A stretch of DNA of 64,000 bases from NCBI RefSeq assembly GCF_028641065.1, contig NC_073391.1:14384001-14448000 (forward strand). Reading direction: 5' to 3'. The DNA comes from Leucoraja erinacea (Eukaryota). Positions 60,600 through 64,000 of this stretch are shown here, in pieces. Positions within the stretch are counted from its first letter, which is position 1, and each line of letters begins with the position of its first letter. Both the position numbers and the translations under genes were made by a program. The notes under the pieces were generated by a model. The model had not been told where the DNA came from. It saw nothing but the letters and a program-made list of their open reading frames with translations, and did no database searches.

Positions 60600-63500
60600 C
60601 TCCTTCCGTGCCCTGTGGTCTACTCTGGCTATGATGTTCTGGCACCAGCAGGACCTCGCTTTGACTTTCCCGCAACTTCGGGCCTCACTCACCCAGACCT
60701 GCAACAAACCCCAACTATACTTCATCCAACGACAGATTCACGTCTTCAACAAACGATTCCTTGCCCACTTGGACTCGCCCGGCTCCAGCCCGCTCCTACC
60801 ACTGACACTCCGCGTCTCGACCGCTTGCAGGCCCCGGGCCCCAAAGCTAGCCTGCCTGAAAACCACCAGGCCCAGTCCCGCAACGCCATCTTTGCCACAA
60901 GGGGCAGTACCAACACTCACCACCTCCCTGACCGATCTCCACCAGGCCCAGACCACCGAAGACACCACCGTCGCCGACCTCCATGTGGCTTCTGTCTCCA
61001 ACCTTCACTTACTCACTGATGACGCCGAACCACGCTGCCTCCCCGGGACTGCCGACTATCGCCGTCTCATCGGGACCGCCGACCCTCGCCAACTCACCGG
61101 CCATCCGCTGACCGGGACTTCTGCACACTGACCTGGACTCCACTCTCTGCGGGCCTCCAACAGTGACTCTACCGACCCTCGCCACTCCACTGCCCACCAG
61201 CAGGCCGGAGCCATCGCCTTACCTGAGTCCTAGGCTTAGCACTGGGCCTGAAGTCTCCACACTGCAGACTTTCACACCACGGAGTCTGACTGTGCTGGGT
61301 CCTAGTGCTCCCCCCCAACACAGGGAACCTCAGTGGTCCACTGGGTCTTCCCCTTCCCCCTCCAAACATGTGACCCCAGCTCTTCCCCACCCACACTATA
61401 GTCCTCATACATCCTTCCTCCCTGACCACCCCCCACCCCCCCACCAGACATCACCTCGGCCTCAGTCCACTCACCTGCCTTCCTCCAGCCTCAACCTCTA
61501 TCTTGGCAGTGTGTTCACCATCACCCCTGACCTCCTTGGGGACGCCGTCGAGAATGGCTGCCCAGCCTGCAGCTGTCTGTCCTTTTGCCCTTTTTTTTAT
61601 TTTTTAGTATGTTAAAAAGTTTTGTTTTGGAGGTCTAATCTTTTTTCTGTGGGGGATGGGGTGGGGGGAGGGAGAAACTGCATTTCTCAGTCCCTTCCAG
61701 GTCGGAGATGCTACTTTTCTCCGAGCCGTATCTTCGCCCCTTCCTCACGGCCTACCAATGGGACAGGAGCGGCGTTTCCTGCCAGGACTGGCCAGAACTA
61801 CAGCTTCGGCGGCGGTGCAGTGCTGAAGCACCATCACGGAGCGGGCGATGCCTTACCCAGGGCGCCATGTGATAAGCTCCGGAGTGCTGAGACCGGCAAC
61901 TCCAACATCGCAGAGCTGTGGTCGAGGAGCATCCAGCTGCGGCAGCGCTGACTTTCAAACACCGTGGAGCCTGGGATCTCTCGCTGAGATTGCCCATGTC
62001 AGAGTTCCGACCAGCGCGGCCTGTGGATTTCAGGACCGCAGTCTCTGGCAGCAAATAGCCGGTCCAGACACTCCAATCCGCCGAAGTGTTCTCCCGACGC
62101 CGGAGCTCCATCATCTGTCAAGAGGGCCTGAAACATCGGGCGGCCGTTGCGGCGACTGCAGAGGCCTCAAATAGGCCCCGACTATGGGGTGAACAAGAGG
62201 AAGATGACTGGACTTTGTTGCCTTCCCTCACAGTGGGAACCATTGTGGGAGATGTTTTTATGTTTTATTGTTAAATTCTTCTTTAATGTGGTGTCTTACT
62301 TTTATGGTGTGCTACAAATGGCAACTCAAATTTCACTCCACCGGAAATGGTGTATGTGACAATAAATGTCCTTTGTTCTTTGTCCCCCTCTCTGATACCG
62401 AACAGTCTGTCCTCAGCAGAGGCCTCACCTTTGTTCCCCTCCGTCCCCACCTCAATGAGTTCCGTGTCCGCCACGATGTGGAGCTCTTCATCCGTCGCCT
62501 CCGCCTCAAAGCGCTCTTCCATGGGAAGGAGTCCTCACCCCCCAGTGATGACCCCTTCTCCCATCTCCAATGGACCCTCTCCTCTTGGACTCCCCCTCAT
62601 GGCCATCTACCTGCTCTAGACCTTTTTATTTTAAACTGCCGGCGGGACATCAACTGCCTCAACTTCTCCACTCCCCTGTCTAACCTCTCCCCCCCTAAAT
62701 GTGCAGCCCACCACTCACTCTGCAACAACCCCAACTGGGTGATCAAACCTGCCGACAAGGGAGGTGCCTTGGTAGTCTGGTGAGCTGATTGCTACCGGTC
62801 TGAGGCCAGGCGCCAACTCTCGGGCACCTTCTCCTTCTTATCTTTGGACCATGACCCCACAGGCAAGCATTACCCCACAGGCCATTATCTCAAACATCAT
62901 CACTGGCTTCATCGCTTCCGGCTCCCTGCCCTCCCTAGCCTCCAACCTCATAGTTTCCCAGCCTCGCATGGCCCGATTTTACCCTTTACCCCAAAATCCA
63001 CAAACCTGACTGTCCTGGCAGACCCATTGTTTCTGCTTGTTCTTGTCCAACCGAACTTATTTCGACATATCTCGACTCCACCCTATCCTATCCCTCCCTA
63101 CCTATGTCCAAGACACTTCACACGCTCTTCGTCTCCTCCATGACCGGTTTACCAGGCCCCCTCTCCCTCATCTTCACCATTGATGTCCAATCACTCTGCA
63201 CCTCCATCCCCCATCAGGAGGGTCTTAAAGCCGTCCGTTTCTTCCTCGACCGCAGAACAAACCAATCCCCGTCTACAAATACTCTCCTCCACCTAGCGGA
63301 GCTGGTCCTTACCCTCAACAACTTTTCCTTTGACTACTCCCATTTCCTTAAATCCAAGGCGTAGCTATGGGCGCGCACATGGGCCCCAGCTATGCCTGCC
63401 TCTTTGTCGGGTACGTTGAACAATCCTTGTTCGAGGCGTACCATGGCCCTATCCCCGAACTCTACCTCCACTACATTGACAACTGCATTGGTGCTATGTC

Positions 63501-64000
63501 CTGCACCCATGCAGAACTCACTGACTTCATCCATTTCACCACTAACTTCCATCTGGCACTCATATTTACCTGGAGCATTACCGATATCTCCCTATCTGTT
63601 CTAGACTCTAACCTCACCATCTCCATCGCAGGTAACAGACTACTGACTGACATCTACTACAAACCCACTGACTCCCATGGCTATCTGGACTATACTTCTT
63701 TCCCACCCTGCTTCCTGTAAGGACTCCCTAGCCTCCAACCTCATAGTTTCCCAGCCTCGCATGGCCCGATTTTACCCTTTACCCCAAAATCCACAAACCT
63801 GACTGTCCTGGCAGACCCATTGTTTCTGCTTGTTCTTGTCCAACCGAACTTATTTCGACATATCTCGACTCCACCCTATCCTATCCCTCCCTACCTATGT
63901 CCAAGACATCCCCTACTCCCAATTCCTCCGTTTACACGGCATCTGCACCCAGGGTGAGGTGTTCCACACCAGGGCATCAGAGATGTCCTCATTCTTCAGG
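60600..64000 (+). mobile_element. Penelope-like retroelement, decayed ORF, continues past window end
   Basis: SVLSRGLTFVP, IKPADKGGALVVW, FTIDVQSLCTSIPH, AMGAHMGPSYACLF, YIDNC and TDIYYKPTDSHGYLDY are PLE RT motifs. Confidence 0.9.
61537..62383 (+). mobile_element. GC-rich SINE-like element inserted in the Penelope ORF
   Basis: Homologous to the 18504 family; tail atttcactccac...gtgtatgtgacaataaa. The PLE reads through if it is removed (...cctgacctcc | ccctctctgatacc...). Confidence 0.8.

Noticed and set aside
60615-61615. Pro/Thr-rich ORFs as a host gene
   Set aside because: They lie within the N-terminal region of the Penelope ORF, upstream of its RT motifs.

Overview
Repeat-dominated vertebrate genomic DNA, most likely from a cartilaginous fish (skate/ray/shark), judged from HE1-like SINEs that share a 3' tail with CR1/HER1-like LINEs. 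No prokaryotic features are present. Most long ORFs are decayed transposon genes (CR1, Rex1/Babar, Tx1, L1, Penelope, Gypsy). The centrepiece is a complete Gypsy LTR retrotransposon (32075-42803; 209-bp LTRs, CTTCC TSD). It carries a ~5.9-kb antisense L1 flanked by a ~470-bp duplication of integrase sequence, and that duplication is more diverged than the LTRs. Other notable items: an LTR-retrovirus-like 5' remnant with a perfect 18-nt tRNA-Asn primer-binding site (52663-52680); Penelope-type minimal hammerhead-ribozyme motifs in small fold-back insertions; a four-copy non-tRNA SINE-like family with Rex1-type tails and a CTCF motif; hAT, Tc2/pogo, Harbinger and Helitron non-autonomous elements, several nested; two local templated duplications; and the first exons of an unidentified host gene (ATG 24870, spliced in phase to 28073-28163). 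All identifications were made by eye from motifs, with no database searches. Boundaries of old degraded elements are approximate.
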